Shown here: piece after piece, positions 62,040 to 64,000 of the stretch
Layout of the letters: each line of letters begins with the position of its first letter
Position numbering within the stretch: position 1 is the first letter of the stretch
Assembly (NCBI GenBank): GCA_034780895.1
Contig: JAUZTB010000107.1
Coordinates: 62,397,342-62,461,341 of the forward strand
Origin: Rhynchobatus australiae
Taxonomy: Eukaryota
DNA: 64,000 nucleotides
Direction of reading: 5' to 3'
Notes under the pieces: generated by a model
What the model was told of the DNA's origin: nothing
Databases searched by the model: none
The model's input: only the letters and a program-made list of their open reading frames with translations
Translations under genes and position numbers: made by a program

Positions 62040-62225
62040 GTTTCTCTGTCTCTCCTTCTGTCTCAGTTCTCTCTGTAATGTGACTCACTGTCTCTCACCT
62101 GCTTTCTCTGTCTGTGTCTCTCTGTCTCATGCTCCTCTCACTCTTCCTCTAGCTATCTATCTTTCTTGTCTGTCTGTATGTGTGCCGGTTTCTCCTGTTT
62201 GTCCTTTTGTCTTTCCATCCTTGTC
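62040..62225. repeat. CT/GT-rich low-complexity tract
   Basis: Degenerate TCTC and TCTG repeats. Confidence 0.7.
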
Positions 62226-62415
62226 ACTTTCTAATCCAACATTGTTTCTAATTGTGTTTTTTGCACTAATGTTCTGCACCGACTTTTTCTTCGGTCTTGT
62301 ATAATTTGTGTTCTGTGTTGTCTGAATATATGTGCCTGTGATGCTGCCGCAAGCAAGTTTTTCATTGTACCTGTACTTCACTGTTTTTGTGCACATGACA
62401 ATAAACTCGTCTTGA
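62225..62415 (+). mobile_element. Rex1/Babar-type 3' UTR remnant
   Basis: TGTGCCTGTGATGCTGCCGCAAGCAAGTTTTTCATTG...GACAATAAACT as at 63465-63545. Confidence 0.7.
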
Positions 62416-62934
62416 ACCTCACCATTTGCTGTGATCAACAGTCTGGGTTTAAGCTTCTGCAGTATAAGATTCAACACCATACTTGAGAGAATGAATTTAT
62501 CCATTGGAGGAGCTTACCATGTACATTCTCTTTCAATGCATAATTTAGTGATAAAAGTTTAAGCTGAAAAGGTTTGCATGATGCAATCCCTTTAGTCTTG
62601 TCAGCACTTCTCAAAAATTTTCGATTGTCATGATTTTTATTGCCTTTTGCCTGGGCTTGCTATAGGGAGTATTGACTAAACCAGTGGTTTGCTGATTGGA
62701 AGCAATCAGTTAAATTATCAGACCGATAAATAAACTCACAAAGTTTAATTTCCAGTTGGATTTTTATTCAGCCCAGCGAGCTGCTACTGCCTAGGTTGTT
62801 GAGCTATTATTTTTCAATAAACTATAGTGTGTGGTGCATTACTCAGCTCTATATAGTTTCCTTACAAGAGGAAAGATTGGCTCAACTGTAAATCTACAAA
62901 GCCATTGTGCAACGAAGGTTGAGTAGGAATTCTC

Positions 62935-63550
62935 AGGTTTCTTAGGAGGTTAAGGAGGTTCAACTTGTCACTGAACACTCCAACAAACTTCGACAGATTA
63001 ACTGTTGAAAGTATCCTGACTGGTTGCATCACAGTCTGGTATGGCAATTCGAATGCACGGGAATTTAAGAAGCTGCTGAGAGTTGTGGACTCTGCCCAAT
63101 ACATCACATGCACGTCCCTCCCCACCACTGGTAGTATCTACAGGAGTTGCTGCCTCAAAAAAACAACATCTATCATCAAGGAACCCCGCCATCTGGTCCA
63201 TGCCATCTTTTCGCAGCTACATCAGGCAGGAGGTACAGAAGCCTGAAGCCCCACATCACCAGGTTCAAGAACAGCTACTTCTCTTCAACCATTCGGTTTT
63301 GAACGAACCGGCAAAATCCTAATCACTACTGTTTAGGAACACCATGACCACTTTGATCACTTTGCACTGAAATGGATTTTGTCCTGATTGTGTTCTTTCT
63401 TGTAAAACTTGTGTATAATTTATGTTTAATTTATGTTTTCTTGTGAATGCAGCTTATATGATGCTGTGTGCCTGTGATGCAGCTGCAAATAAGTTTTTCA
63501 TTGCTCCTGTGCATACACGTACTTGTGCATTTGACAATAAACTCAACTTT
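62935..63550 (+). mobile_element. Rex1/Babar-type LINE ORF end (DUF1891-like) and 3' UTR
   Basis: ORF 62965..63246 reads TVESILTGCITVWYGNSNA...KKLLRVVDSAQYIT, followed by the same 3' UTR as 59567-60218. Confidence 0.9.
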
Positions 63551-64000
63551 GGAATAAGTAAAATCCATGATATTGCCCTCATACGTTTATGTGATAATGT
63601 TAGATTTACACTTCGGTACTCTGAAGATTACAGTAAAATGAGTTTTGTGCTTGAGATTCTTTTGGAAGTGTTTAGGGGAAGGAAATATCTGGAAAAAGAA
63701 GGCTTGGTATTATCTATCTCCTGGTTGCTTATGTTTAGGTTTTCAAATTTCAAGATCATTTTGATCATGAACCCTCTGAAATCTTTACATTTGGAACTAG
63801 GAATCAGAAGTCATGCAAGACTGTCATTGAAAGATCTGTCTTGGTTTAATTTATGAGCAAATTTAAATGAAGTTACTAAACATACAGAATCTCATATTTG
63901 ATTTTATTCATAAAATTGCAATGTCTTTAGAAATGGCATATACAAGTGCCAGAACAGTTTTGTCCAATCCAAGGTAAAAGTATGAAGGCTCCTTACAGTC

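Noticed and set aside
14720-64000. A second host gene downstream of PLEKHB2
   Set aside because: I recognised no exon with credible splice sites and a non-transposon peptide on either strand. Small exons or exons within gaps cannot be excluded.
1-64000. CRISPR arrays, operons or other prokaryotic systems
   Set aside because: The sequence is eukaryotic, with spliceosomal introns and retroelements, and shows no regularly spaced repeat-spacer structure.

Overview
Vertebrate nuclear DNA with many N gaps, almost certainly from a cartilaginous fish (shark or ray), judged from its repeat families: HE1/V-SINE-like tRNA SINEs with CR1-type tails, Deu-domain SINEs, CR1, Rex1/Babar, RTE, L2 and Penelope elements. 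The only host gene I can support is the 3' end of PLEKHB2 (evectin-2) on the + strand: coding exons 5887-6007 and 12760-12890, then a 3' UTR of about 1.8 kb. The ORF track misses both exons. The remaining ~49 kb looks intergenic and is mostly decayed retroelements. The most notable hidden signals are: (i) two complete minimal type-I hammerhead ribozyme motifs in Penelope pseudo-LTRs (57702-57737 +, 34676-34714 -) with compensatory stem changes; (ii) a Penelope RT fragment between inverted pseudo-LTRs, inserted with a 12-bp target duplication into an RTE; (iii) fold-back pseudo-LTR dimers; (iv) a cryptic Gypsy pol remnant; (v) a young ~315-bp local duplication fused to a headless SINE; (vi) promoter-like motifs in a PLEKHB2 intron. 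All calls were made by eye without database searches, and repeat boundaries are approximate. I found no convincing wholly novel gene system.
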